Position numbers and translations under genes: made by a program | Shown: piece after piece, positions 1-9,543 of the stretch | How positions within the stretch are numbered: position 1 is the first letter of the stretch | Layout of the letters: every line of letters begins with the position of its first letter | DNA from: a virus | Taxonomy: Duplodnaviria > Caudoviricetes | DNA length: 37,170 bases | Strand: one strand, 5' to 3' | IMG/VR virus record: IMGVR_UViG_3300019872_000010 | Location: 1-37,170 of that record | The notes under the pieces: generated by a model | Told to the model about the DNA's origin: nothing | The model's database searches: none | The model's input: only the letters and a program-made list of their open reading frames with translations

Positions 1-135
1 CTCGGGATCGCGGCGGCGGCGGCCACGGCGACCGGTCTTTCCAATATAGAGCGCATCCGCTCAACCAAGTTCACCGGATTCTCAGAGGGCGGCGTTGTCC
101 CTGGGGTTGGAAACAAGGACACCGTTCCCGCGCTA
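1..135 (+). repeat. Left copy of terminal direct repeat (assembly overlap)
   Basis: Matches 37033-37170 except for (GCG)4 here versus (GCG)5 at the right end. Confidence 0.97.
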
Positions 136-498
136 TTGACCCCAAATGAGGTTGTGGTCCCCGAGAAGAACTTTGCCGATCTGCAGGCCTCCATGGTCCG
201 GGGAGCCGTGAATGATGACCTTGTGATGCTTATGCAGGCCAACAACAATCTGACAGCTAAGACGCTGGAGCAACTGACCATCGGAGTGGTTAACGAAAAA
301 CTTACTACAATGATATCCCTTCTCGATAGCATTCGATCCAATACTTATTCCTTGCCAAGCGGTTCCAGCAATCCTGTTATCGATTCCCCTGAAGCTGGAA
401 TTGATCGAACCGCGACCAATGCAAGTGGAGCCGGCGCGCGCGGTGAGATCATACAGGCTCCCAATAAACGCCAAAGCTATAATGATGGGGGGAAATAA
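1..498 (+). CDS. Tape measure protein, C-terminal part (continues from 35272-37170 across the join)
   Basis: Frame 1 is open from base 1 to TAA 496-498 and reads ...GFSEGGVVPGVGNKDTVPALLTPNEVVVP, a typical TMP C-terminal motif; same frame as the 3' end of the window. Confidence 0.9.
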   Translation, partial: LGIAAAAATATGLSNIERIRSTKFTGFSEGGVVPGVGNKDTVPALLTPNEVVVPEKNFADLQASMVRGAVNDDLVMLMQANNNLTAKTLEQLTIGVVNEKLTTMISLLDSIRSNTYSLPSGSSNPVIDSPEAGIDRTATNASGAGARGEIIQAPNKRQSYNDGGK

Positions 499-1314
499 AT
501 GTCATCGACACTGAGACAGCGGCGGAATGCGAGAATATGCGATAATAACCAGCTTGATTCTGCAGTCATCACCGCACCTTTTGCAGTCGGATTCCCCTTT
601 TCGAATGCGCTGGATGCGAAAAGGCGCGGGCTGGTATGGAAGCCTGGAACAAAAACCATGACTCTCGAATTCGATTTGAACTCCAACAAGCAGTGTTCGT
701 TTTTGGCTTTGTTTGGGGAAGCCGACAAATACTTGGGGATTTCCGATCAGGCGATCATCACGCTGAAGGGCAACATGATTGATCTGTTCACAGGCGGGGA
801 GCCCTTCAGCATCACCGTGCCAGTGACCGATGGCGGGATATTTGCGGATCTCACTGACGAGGATAATCCGACCGGACAACAATACAGATATTGGCAGTTG
901 TACATCGATGACAGCACAAATCCCGAGGACCTGGCCCTGTCTTACGTTTATCTCGGTGATCACATAAACATGCAATTCAATGCGAAGCAAAACTTTGAAT
1001 TCAGCAAAACAGATTTGACCAGGAGGGCGACCAGTGACTCAGGAGTTGTCTACAGTATTCGAAAGAATCAATACTGTTTATTCAGCGCTATGGGTTTTAG
1101 CTATGTTGGCACTGATGATCGCCGCAAGCTCCAATCGACAACCGAAACGCTAGGCCTGGCAACTCCATTTATCTTTGTCTTGGATCCTCTACAGATAGCG
1201 TATGAGTTCGATTTTGGAACTCTGCTTTGCTATTTCCAGGAGGGACTTCCTAAATTCACGCAAGCTTATCTTAACAAGTTCAATATCTCATTTGCTTTGC
1301 GAGAGGTTGTATGA
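499..1314 (+). CDS. Minor tail protein (distal-tail-like), 271 aa
   Basis: Starts immediately after the TMP stop; position and size typical of Dit-like proteins; C-terminus ISFALREVV. Confidence 0.6.
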   Translation: MSSTLRQRRNARICDNNQLDSAVITAPFAVGFPFSNALDAKRRGLVWKPGTKTMTLEFDLNSNKQCSFLALFGEADKYLGISDQAIITLKGNMIDLFTGGEPFSITVPVTDGGIFADLTDEDNPTGQQYRYWQLYIDDSTNPEDLALSYVYLGDHINMQFNAKQNFEFSKTDLTRRATSDSGVVYSIRKNQYCLFSAMGFSYVGTDDRRKLQSTTETLGLATPFIFVLDPLQIAYEFDFGTLLCYFQEGLPKFTQAYLNKFNISFALREVV

Positions 1315-1445
1315 TGGATTTCAAAAAGATCCTGAATCACGCCCTTTTCATCATCAGCGACATGACCATAGCTAGCGCCGCTATCGGCATCATATGGCTG
1401 CTTGGATGGATGTTGATCAAAGCCGCCGAACGGAGTTGCGTATAA
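1311..1445 (+). CDS. Small single-TM membrane peptide, 44 aa (not in ORF track)
   Basis: MMDFKKILNHALFIISDMTIASAAIGIIWLLGWMLIKAAERSCV; GAGAGG at 1301-1306; ATGA overlap with the upstream stop and TAATG overlap with the downstream start. Confidence 0.7.
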   Translation: MMDFKKILNHALFIISDMTIASAAIGIIWLLGWMLIKAAERSCV

Positions 1446-1915
1446 TGGCTTTTAGACAGTGGCCTGACTCCATCGCGGCCGTGATTTGCGATGGAGCACC
1501 TTATGAAATTGACCTGGGAACGGCTCAACCAACCGAGATCCAGCAACTGGAAGTTTTTGGTCTGCAGATATTTAAACAGGGCCTTCAGCCGCTGGTTCGC
1601 CTTCGCGTGCATGCCTATAACGTGTCGAACGTTTTGATAGGAACCAGTGAGGATATTGTTGTCGGTCTGCAAATCGAGGATGCCTATCCAGAGACTGATA
1701 ACTTCTATGGGTGGGTTCGATTTACATTTGATCCCAGGATCAATCTCCCATCAGGCGCTACAACCAGATTCAAGCTGGAACTGGTGAACTATACTTATAC
1801 CGATGCGATATGGATGGCCGCCATCAAGGATTGGCCTGTGGCCATGGGTTATAATACGACACCCGGATCAGCGAGCTCAGCTCCGTTCGCAATTGAACTC
1901 TATGGAGCAAGCTGA
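1445..1915 (+). CDS. Putative tail/virion protein, 156 aa (start reassigned from 1394)
   Basis: GGAG precedes ATG 1445, which is coupled to the preceding stop; lies in the tail operon. Confidence 0.6.
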   Translation: MAFRQWPDSIAAVICDGAPYEIDLGTAQPTEIQQLEVFGLQIFKQGLQPLVRLRVHAYNVSNVLIGTSEDIVVGLQIEDAYPETDNFYGWVRFTFDPRINLPSGATTRFKLELVNYTYTDAIWMAAIKDWPVAMGYNTTPGSASSAPFAIELYGAS

Positions 1916-3847
1916 ATGCAAAAGTTCACGGTAAGCCCGCTGGTTGATCTCACTTCGGCAATGACCGGAACTACTGCACCGTGGTATTTCGAAGTGAGCA
2001 ATGCATATGTTAACGGTGTCCTGACAGCCTCATCATGGGCTGATGGGATACTTTCCATTCCGAGTTATACCAGCGGCGTTGTGCTGGCCGAATTCACAAT
2101 GTATTTATTGTATGATGCGCCTTCGCAATTCCTTCCGAAAGACCCAACTGATCCCGGATCCGATCTGGTTTACTGGGAGGATTGTCTGGCCAGTTTCATT
2201 TCCTTCTCGAGCGGGATAAAGAATTTCGAGGCAGGCATCACAGAAATATCAGTTGGTTCCGCGACCATAAATGTCAGTGACGCAACGCTTGGTCTTTTGC
2301 AGCAAAAAGTGGTTTATGCCAACAAAACCATAAGAATCTATAATGATGATGTAATCACCTTCAAGGGCATTTCGACTAAGTCAACTTCCAATGACTTTCG
2401 GATCACGCTCAATATCCAAAAACGAATAACTATCATGGATAGCGAATGCAGCTGGGGAGATCCAGCCTATTTGAATCGAATCAGCCTTAGCAGTAATACG
2501 GCCTATTACAATGGCGCGAATATTCCCACCGAGTTTGACGGCTATGCTATCCCAATGATTTTTGGTGAGCAAAGTCCTTATGAGCAAACTTTCAATAACG
2601 AGATTGATCTCGGAACCCCTTCTGCTTTTTTCCTGATCCCGCCGAGCACCAAGGCCACGGAACGGAATATAAATTCCGGATCAACAATCCTTCGGATTAT
2701 TCCGACTAGTTCGACAACCGGGATCATAGGCCGGATGCCGAACTATCAATCTCTATCGTCGGTCCCTATCAATCAAGCCCTGACCGGCCAGCAACATGTA
2801 TTCAGCCGCTTTGAGCGGGCCAGCAATGCGACCGTTTTGACGAAAATGATTCCCGGGGAAGTCTGCAATTTGGTGCGCACGGCTCCCCCCATTATCAACC
2901 CAGCAAGGCTCTATGGAATAAAAAGCACTGCACCAGCCCGGGGATATTTCAATCTGGGTGTCGATGATGTTGATCCGACTAATTACGACACTATTCAGGA
3001 TTGTGATGAGCACCTTCATTTTTTCAGCGGATCCATCCCAAACTATAACTGGGGAGGAACTTCGGTTTTATCTGGCACCTTCACTCCCAATGGGCATCGA
3101 TGGATCACTTGCACGGTAAGCGGGATCGATCTTTTGGTGAATGATCTCTATCTTGTAATCACAAATATAGCGGGCGCGCGAAGCGGACCCGAAGTCCTGC
3201 AGTTCGCGATGGAATCCCATGGGTTTTCTGTGGACACCGCATCATTCGCGGCGATGGCCGCCTTGTTTCCTGAGCTCACATATCAGCAAGCGGGATATCG
3301 TAATGAAGTTCCGACACTTGGGCGGTTCATTTCTGAGATAAATCAAAGTCTGATGACCGTCCTTGTTTTCCCTGCATCAAATGATGTTCCTTATCTGGTT
3401 CAAATAGATCCGACCACTCCAGCGGTTGTGACTATCGATGAATATCAGATAGCCGGCGGCGTTAGTGTCGATGATGAATATAGAAATCAGGGAAAAAACG
3501 TTATATTTCGTCCGAAATATGCAAAGTCTGATGCTTTTAAAACGGCATTATATACCAACATCCCATCGACCATGGCCACGCTGTTCAATTCGGAAAAGAC
3601 AATCGAGATCGATCACGTCTTGGCCGAAATTCCCCCGACAAGATTCTCCGAGATTGCTGATATTTACGGAAGCCCAACGACAACGGTCAGTTTCGTTTTG
3701 CTTGATGACTCTGTCGAATTCGAATTGGCCGATATGGTTCAAATCAATCACAGTGAATTTCAACAAAAAGTTGTGATCACAAGCATTGCAACCAGGCCCT
3801 TAGGCCGCTCCATCCAGGGAAGGTTTTTATATGTCAACCAAAACTAG
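1916..3847 (+). CDS. Tail tip/hub-like protein, 643 aa
   Basis: Long ORF between Dit-like and fibre genes; IPMIFGE motif and C-terminal ELADMVQINH...VVITSI pattern typical of tail hub proteins. Confidence 0.6.
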   Translation: MQKFTVSPLVDLTSAMTGTTAPWYFEVSNAYVNGVLTASSWADGILSIPSYTSGVVLAEFTMYLLYDAPSQFLPKDPTDPGSDLVYWEDCLASFISFSSGIKNFEAGITEISVGSATINVSDATLGLLQQKVVYANKTIRIYNDDVITFKGISTKSTSNDFRITLNIQKRITIMDSECSWGDPAYLNRISLSSNTAYYNGANIPTEFDGYAIPMIFGEQSPYEQTFNNEIDLGTPSAFFLIPPSTKATERNINSGSTILRIIPTSSTTGIIGRMPNYQSLSSVPINQALTGQQHVFSRFERASNATVLTKMIPGEVCNLVRTAPPIINPARLYGIKSTAPARGYFNLGVDDVDPTNYDTIQDCDEHLHFFSGSIPNYNWGGTSVLSGTFTPNGHRWITCTVSGIDLLVNDLYLVITNIAGARSGPEVLQFAMESHGFSVDTASFAAMAALFPELTYQQAGYRNEVPTLGRFISEINQSLMTVLVFPASNDVPYLVQIDPTTPAVVTIDEYQIAGGVSVDDEYRNQGKNVIFRPKYAKSDAFKTALYTNIPSTMATLFNSEKTIEIDHVLAEIPPTRFSEIADIYGSPTTTVSFVLLDDSVEFELADMVQINHSEFQQKVVITSIATRPLGRSIQGRFLYVNQN

Positions 3848-6686
3848 AAATCTCACAAACATTGAAGGAGCGGCGGTTACCGCGCCAACCTCCACTGGAT
3901 TCACTTCCAATGGAGTTGAGACTTTCCCAACGGATGCGGCCTTTGTTTTGGCTCATGCGGCGGTCGCTGGCTCAATTTATTGGAACACGACTGAGAAGTG
4001 TCTTCGCGAATATAACGGAACCGTATGGCAATACGATAAGACCACGCTGTTAACGGAAACCGATGCGACCAGCACAGGCGCGGATCAAGCAATAACACCC
4101 GGTGTCGCCCAGGTGATCCGGTTCACAAGCAATACTCTGGCTTCGATCAACAATATCAATCCAGCACTACAGAAATATCTCTATCTGGCAAATGATCAGT
4201 CCAGCCAGGCGCTGACTATCAAAAACAATGCTGGGGGAACTGCAGCAAACAGGATTTTGACCGGCAACGGCCAGGATTTTGTCCTCAAGACAAATCAGAT
4301 CATAGGACTGGTTTACGATAATGAGAGTACTCGATGGAGGTTAAGGAGTAAGTCCCTCACCTCAAGCCTTGAGGCCTTTGCTGATGACGCCGCATATGTC
4401 ACGGCTCATGCTGGTGTCGGCGCTGGTGATGAATATTGGAATACCACAACCCAGGTTGTTCGATCTTATGATGGAACCGACTGGCAGAATAACAAAGTGC
4501 TATTCAGCACTGAGAATAACGCCACTCCGACCGGTGCGAATGCCGATCTTACACCGGCAAAGCACCAGATAATCAAAGTGAGCAATGCCTCTCTGACTTC
4601 GATCAGGGGGATCATTCCAGCAATTCAAGAGTTCCTCATTCTGGTCAATGGAACCGGCGCGACCATCACAATTCGAAATCAGGAGGCGACTGCAACGGCC
4701 GCAAACCGGATTATAACCGGAACCGGCGTGGACTTATCCCTAGCGAATGATGCAAGCCTTCTCATGTCATATGATAGCTATGCTTCCCGATGGCGCGTAG
4801 TCGGCGGATCCGGATCATCCTCGAGTGATCCAACAAACATAAATTACTTCACCGATCCAGGATTTGAGAACACCGCAAACGGTGCAACTCCATCCCAAGT
4901 CACTCTCTATAATGATGGCGCTTCAGCTGTTCCGATCGATGGAACCGGCGGTGTCGTGACCGGCGTGACTTTCCTTGCGACCACTACTGGTCCGATCCGA
5001 GGAACCACAAGCGGGGAATTGAGCAAGGATGCAGCGAACCGTCAAGGGACAGGCATTGCATTCGCCTTTATAATTCCGGCCGTGGATAAAGGTGTTACTT
5101 CCAGCGTGAACTGGGACATGCTGACCAGTTTGAACTATGTTGCGGGCGATATCGTTTTCTATATTTATGATGTGACGAATTCCACGCTCATCACTCCCCG
5201 ATCTGTCTCGCTTCCCAAACTCGATTCATATGGCAAGTTCTTCAGTGACTTTGGTTTGACCAGCGGAACAAGCTATCGTTTACTGCTTCACATCGCGACA
5301 ACCAGCGCACTGGCCTATACGGTTAAGTTTGATACTATGGTCAACTCCACAACACGTAATACGCAGGCAGGTCCTTTTGTTGGTCCCTACGAAGAAGTCA
5401 GCACTTTTGCAATAACTGGTTCAACTAGCAATCCTACTCCAGGAGCTGGTGCAACATATTATAGGAATACATTTAGGGACGTTGATTGTGCTGAAATTAG
5501 ATACGAATATTTGCAGACCGCTAGTGGAAGTGCTGGGAGCGGTACTTATCGACTTCCAGTTCCGTCAGGGCTTACAGTTGATACAACGAGATTGGGAAAA
5601 TTAGGAACTAATAGCAATAATAATTATTGCGGTGATGGAACTCTATTAGCTTCAACTACAGAATTAAATGTTGCGGTCTATTATAATCCAGCAGCTTTGG
5701 CTTTTGAATTTGAACTATCTAATGACACCACTGCTCCTGCATCCTGGGGAAATACACTAGGGTCAATGGCCGCAAATCCATTGAGATTTGCTGTTAGTAT
5801 TCGCGTGCCTATTTCCCAGTGGTCCGGCTCCGGCGCAAACTTCGGGCCGGGGGCGAATGTTCAAGTATTTTCAAGTTCGGCTGGAACATGGGATTCAGCT
5901 GCGGCTGCAGGGAATACAGTGGGCGGCCTTAGCCCTATTACCGGTTCACTGACAGCAACTAGAACTAAAGTAGTTCGCCTCCCTTTTGCTCCACAAAGCA
6001 TAAGTGATATTAAAGTTGTATTTTTGCCGACTGGATTTTCAGTACCTATCCCAAGTGAGCTTTGGGGTGGTTACGTGGGCATGGCTTCAGCAGACTTCGG
6101 TGTAAAAGTAACTGGATTGTCTGGTACTGATGTAACAGTTACCTTCCATCAATATCACTTCCAAGGCACTACTTATAACAGCTTAACAGGTGCTGTAAAT
6201 TGGGCTGCAGGTGATGGCGCTTGGGGTTTAATTGTTACCAACCCATCCGCGCCGGTTGGTATCGACCCAGCCCGAAACGGTTTGCCAGGAATCATTAATT
6301 ACTACAATGAAGACGATACAACACTTGCTGCATGTACTTTTCAAGGCAACTTAGGTGGGTCTGCATCGGCTGGAGTGGCAATAAAGATAACACGCAATGG
6401 CCGAGTAGTGACGTTAGAGATTCCACTGATGCAGAATATTGTTCCGACCACAAACTCTATTGCGCTCTTCTCAAATACCCTTTTGCCATCATGGGCGAGG
6501 CCTACAGCCAGCAAGGCGACACCTTGTTTCATTTACAATAATGGAGCATATGTTGCTACTTCAGCCGGGGAACTTTTTATCAATACATCAGGTAGGATTG
6601 AGTTTTACCGAGACATTATCGGAACTGCTTTTACCAACTCGGCTAATGCTGGCTGGTTCTTTACACAAATTTCTTACACAGTTTAA
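3831..6686 (+). CDS. Tail fibre / receptor-binding protein, 951 aa
   Basis: Thr/Gly/Ala/Ser rich; duplicated N-terminal module; C-terminal KITRNGRVVTL...LPSWARP...GELFINTSG fibre-tip pattern. Confidence 0.8.
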   Translation: MSTKTRNLTNIEGAAVTAPTSTGFTSNGVETFPTDAAFVLAHAAVAGSIYWNTTEKCLREYNGTVWQYDKTTLLTETDATSTGADQAITPGVAQVIRFTSNTLASINNINPALQKYLYLANDQSSQALTIKNNAGGTAANRILTGNGQDFVLKTNQIIGLVYDNESTRWRLRSKSLTSSLEAFADDAAYVTAHAGVGAGDEYWNTTTQVVRSYDGTDWQNNKVLFSTENNATPTGANADLTPAKHQIIKVSNASLTSIRGIIPAIQEFLILVNGTGATITIRNQEATATAANRIITGTGVDLSLANDASLLMSYDSYASRWRVVGGSGSSSSDPTNINYFTDPGFENTANGATPSQVTLYNDGASAVPIDGTGGVVTGVTFLATTTGPIRGTTSGELSKDAANRQGTGIAFAFIIPAVDKGVTSSVNWDMLTSLNYVAGDIVFYIYDVTNSTLITPRSVSLPKLDSYGKFFSDFGLTSGTSYRLLLHIATTSALAYTVKFDTMVNSTTRNTQAGPFVGPYEEVSTFAITGSTSNPTPGAGATYYRNTFRDVDCAEIRYEYLQTASGSAGSGTYRLPVPSGLTVDTTRLGKLGTNSNNNYCGDGTLLASTTELNVAVYYNPAALAFEFELSNDTTAPASWGNTLGSMAANPLRFAVSIRVPISQWSGSGANFGPGANVQVFSSSAGTWDSAAAAGNTVGGLSPITGSLTATRTKVVRLPFAPQSISDIKVVFLPTGFSVPIPSELWGGYVGMASADFGVKVTGLSGTDVTVTFHQYHFQGTTYNSLTGAVNWAAGDGAWGLIVTNPSAPVGIDPARNGLPGIINYYNEDDTTLAACTFQGNLGGSASAGVAIKITRNGRVVTLEIPLMQNIVPTTNSIALFSNTLLPSWARPTASKATPCFIYNNGAYVATSAGELFINTSGRIEFYRDIIGTAFTNSANAGWFFTQISYTV

Positions 6687-6714
6687 CCCTCACGGCCCGG
6701 TGAGGGCCTTTTTT
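6687..6714 (+). terminator. Intrinsic terminator after the fibre gene
   Basis: CCCTCAC-ggcccg-GTGAGGG stem-loop followed by ccTTTTTT. Confidence 0.75.
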
Positions 6715-6730
6715 ATAAAAGGATTTTCGA

Positions 6731-7639
6731 ATGACCAGACTAATACGCGACCAGAGAGATTTGCTATCCGGCCTACTTGCTGCAAGCACTTCCATCATCC
6801 TTCCGACCGATGGATGGAGCACGGCCATGTTCCAAAACTTCTATACAGTTGGATTGGCAACGGCCAAGAGTTTCATCACCGGGGTGAAGGCGTCTAGAGT
6901 TATCCAAGATATCACCTATACAGCCGCATCAGCTTATGCCGAGTTCGGCAATGCAGTGACTATCGCCTATACTGCAGGCGCGGTGGCAGGCGCTGAAGTC
7001 GTGACCGTGGTTGGATATGCAATCACTATTCAGATCGCGACCGGTGTTTCGACGGCCACCCAGGTCAAAGCAAAATTCGATGCGAAGGCCGAAGCGGTGG
7101 CACTGGCAACGGCGGCGATCACTGGAACAGCCGGAACCGCTCAGATCGCGGCCGTTGCTATCGCCCTGACTGGTGGAACAGGCGACATAGACATTGTGAA
7201 TAACCTTGTCAAGATCACCGCGCATGGCTGGGGAACTGGAAGAAAAGTCGCCCTGACCAACCCCGGAACTATTCCCCCTGGCCTTGCGGCGACAAATTAT
7301 TGGGTGATTGTGCTGGATGATGATCATATCCAATTGGCCGCGACACTGGCCGATGCAATCGCTGAAACCCCTGTTCCGGTCGACATTACCGGCATTGGCG
7401 TTGGTACCACAACCCTGACTCCTGCAGCGTTGGCTGCAGCTTCGGTAAAGCTCCAGGAGAGTAATACCGACATTGAAGCCGACTTCGTCGACATCGCTTC
7501 CATGACCACGGCTATCACGGTCACAGGGAAGTCGATTTTCAAACCAGACACTTCAGCTGCTTATATTCGGTTGGTTTTCACAATCACCGATGGGCAGATC
7601 GAATTTGTGTCGAAACTCTGTGCTAAAGGAGACAATTGA
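6731..7639 (+). CDS. Virion structural protein, 302 aa
   Basis: Ala/Thr/Gly rich; ITAHGWGTG...PPGL...YWVI...IQLAAT motif commonly seen in phage virion proteins. Confidence 0.6.
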   Translation: MTRLIRDQRDLLSGLLAASTSIILPTDGWSTAMFQNFYTVGLATAKSFITGVKASRVIQDITYTAASAYAEFGNAVTIAYTAGAVAGAEVVTVVGYAITIQIATGVSTATQVKAKFDAKAEAVALATAAITGTAGTAQIAAVAIALTGGTGDIDIVNNLVKITAHGWGTGRKVALTNPGTIPPGLAATNYWVIVLDDDHIQLAATLADAIAETPVPVDITGIGVGTTTLTPAALAAASVKLQESNTDIEADFVDIASMTTAITVTGKSIFKPDTSAAYIRLVFTITDGQIEFVSKLCAKGDN

Positions 7640-7643
7640 TCTT

Positions 7644-7934
7644 ATGGCACCAGCACAATGCGGACCAGGTGATTCAGTCCCTAATGATAATTTTGTTCAC
7701 TATGAAACAACTCCCGGCGAAAAGGCTATCGCCGAAGAGGAACCTCTGATGGAATTCTTTAAGTATGGACACTTAAGAGAACCACTTCGATCAGTGTCAT
7801 CAGCTTTTTGTGGCCTTGCACAGGATATCGTCCTCAATCTCGCGCCGAATGATGAGCGAACGCATGCTCTTCGAAAACTCCTGGAAGCCAAGGACTGTGC
7901 AGTCCGCGCCAAGCTCCTATCCCTGCCTCACTGA
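7644..7934 (+). CDS. Conserved small phage helical-hairpin protein, 96 aa (possible anti-defence sponge)
   Basis: AAGGAG upstream of ATG 7644; FFKYGHL...VS..FC.LA...ERTHALRKLLEAKDCAVRA motif of a widespread phage family. Confidence 0.7.
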   Translation: MAPAQCGPGDSVPNDNFVHYETTPGEKAIAEEEPLMEFFKYGHLREPLRSVSSAFCGLAQDIVLNLAPNDERTHALRKLLEAKDCAVRAKLLSLPH

Positions 7935-7954
7935 TTTTTGATCATTCAGCAAAG

Positions 7955-7982
7955 AGCCCGGGTTAAACCGGGCTTTTCATTT
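7955..7982 (+). terminator. Intrinsic terminator closing the structural transcript
   Basis: AGCCCGG-gttaaa-CCGGGCT followed by TTTCATTT. Confidence 0.75.
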
Positions 7983-7998
7983 CCTTAGCGAATGCTAT

Positions 7999-8028
7999 TT
8001 GACTTTCCTCCCTCAAATCATTCAAAAT
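7999..8028 (+). promoter_or_regulatory. Candidate sigma70 promoter for the cytochrome lipoprotein genes
   Basis: TTGACT-N18-CAAAAT directly after the terminator and 45 bp before ATG 8074; weak -10. Confidence 0.4.
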
Positions 8029-8073
8029 AAAAAGATTCACCCAATCCATTTTTCCCAATGCAGGTAAACCAAA

Positions 8074-9543
8074 ATGAAACTCACGCTTTTTCTAGCTATG
8101 CTATTTTCTTTTCTCATGGCCTGTGGCCAGCCAAGCAAAGGCCCAGTGGTGGCTCAAGGCCCTGTCATTCCCCAGATCCCGATCGAAAAACCGCCTGTCA
8201 TTCAACCGGGCAAGCCTGGATTTTTGCGTTTCGATCAGATCGAACAATACACAACCGATGATGCTCAGTCGCTGAATGCAGCCGACCGATTGAACGCGCG
8301 TTATTTGCTCCTTTGCAACTTCTATGATGAGGGACAAAAGGATTTAAGAGATCACCTGGCCGGGATCAACAAAGGGATCAATATGATCTCAACCGAAAGA
8401 CTGATCGCCTTCGCAAACACTATTGATGATGCGGGTTGTATCGCCCGGATCGACCTGGATCAGATCGGAATGACTTCCGAAGAGTGGAGGAGATTCGAGG
8501 ATGCAAATATCCTTCCCTTCATTTCCGAATCTGTGCGCGGTCGAACCCTAAGAGCCCTGACCCAGACCAACCAACCGTTGGTGTATGCGGACAGTTTTTT
8601 TACGACAGTGATGCAGGCCGATCAAGTTTCCTTGAACAGCCGCCTTTATTATGACTTGACCGAACAACCCCTCAATGATGCGGAGTTCTTCACTAAAATT
8701 GGTATCAATGTCCAGGATGAATTCAACCGGGAGAAGGCCGCATGCGCTGGTGGCGGCCGTTCACAGATCGCATTGGGCAAGCCTAGAATGATCTGCCTGT
8801 TCGATAGCGCGGACGGTTTTCTACTTATTACTTATGATGTTTCCCTGGCAAAAAATGATTCGATAAACGTCAATCCGTTTACTCCTGAAATGGGAAAGAT
8901 CCCTGGGTCTTTCACCAATAAGATTTTTAAATTTGTGGCATCGGAAATGATTTTCTCTATGCCCAATGGATTGCTATCCGGTTTCCGATTGAGCAATTCA
9001 GGAGGAACGGCCGAAGTTGTCGCGCCAACTAATGTGGTTGTTGACGTGGAGCAAACCGGAAAGGGCCTCGCTCCTGATATCACCCTTGGCGCATGCAGCA
9101 ATTGTCATCACCAGGAGGCCGCAATATTTTTCCAGGACGGTGTCTTTGATGCCGTTTCAGGAAACGGTGATTTCAATGAAGTTGAGAAGAAATTGGCTGA
9201 CACGTTCTATCGGGCCGATAAGTTCCAGGCCAAACGCGCGGTGGCGAACAAAGCTCATGTCAGTGCATTACAGGAAATAGGCGTGTCCACTGTGACCAAG
9301 GATCCAGTTGTGACCAACCTCATTCAACCGACACGCAAATTCGTGACGGCCGAAAAGCTCGCGGCCAGGCTCTTCCTTGATGTCGATGATTTCAAGACCA
9401 GACTGAATGGAACAAACCTATCAAAGGTTCTATTCGGAAACCTTTTGCAGGAGAATGGAGTAGTCCAGCTTCAGGATTTGGTTCGAGGTTTTCCGGTGTT
9501 GAAACAGGAAATGCTCCTATTCAGGGATGAGGGACAATTATGA
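8074..9543 (+). CDS. Lipoprotein with a c-type heme-binding motif, 489 aa
   Basis: Signal peptide and lipobox (FLMA-C17); Pro-rich linker; CSNCH at 9094-9108; RIDL, LYYDL, EMIFSMPNGL and APTNVVVD motifs recall uncharacterised myxobacterial/planctomycete cytochrome-c-domain proteins (from memory). Confidence 0.75.
   Translation: MKLTLFLAMLFSFLMACGQPSKGPVVAQGPVIPQIPIEKPPVIQPGKPGFLRFDQIEQYTTDDAQSLNAADRLNARYLLLCNFYDEGQKDLRDHLAGINKGINMISTERLIAFANTIDDAGCIARIDLDQIGMTSEEWRRFEDANILPFISESVRGRTLRALTQTNQPLVYADSFFTTVMQADQVSLNSRLYYDLTEQPLNDAEFFTKIGINVQDEFNREKAACAGGGRSQIALGKPRMICLFDSADGFLLITYDVSLAKNDSINVNPFTPEMGKIPGSFTNKIFKFVASEMIFSMPNGLLSGFRLSNSGGTAEVVAPTNVVVDVEQTGKGLAPDITLGACSNCHHQEAAIFFQDGVFDAVSGNGDFNEVEKKLADTFYRADKFQAKRAVANKAHVSALQEIGVSTVTKDPVVTNLIQPTRKFVTAEKLAARLFLDVDDFKTRLNGTNLSKVLFGNLLQENGVVQLQDLVRGFPVLKQEMLLFRDEGQL

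Noticed and set aside
136-498. Stand-alone 120-aa ORF in the track
   Set aside because: It is the in-frame C-terminus of the tape measure gene wrapping across the circular join
3831-6686. Diversity-generating retroelement or invertible fibre cassette
   Set aside because: No reverse transcriptase or invertase, and no template-repeat copy or flanking inverted repeats seen
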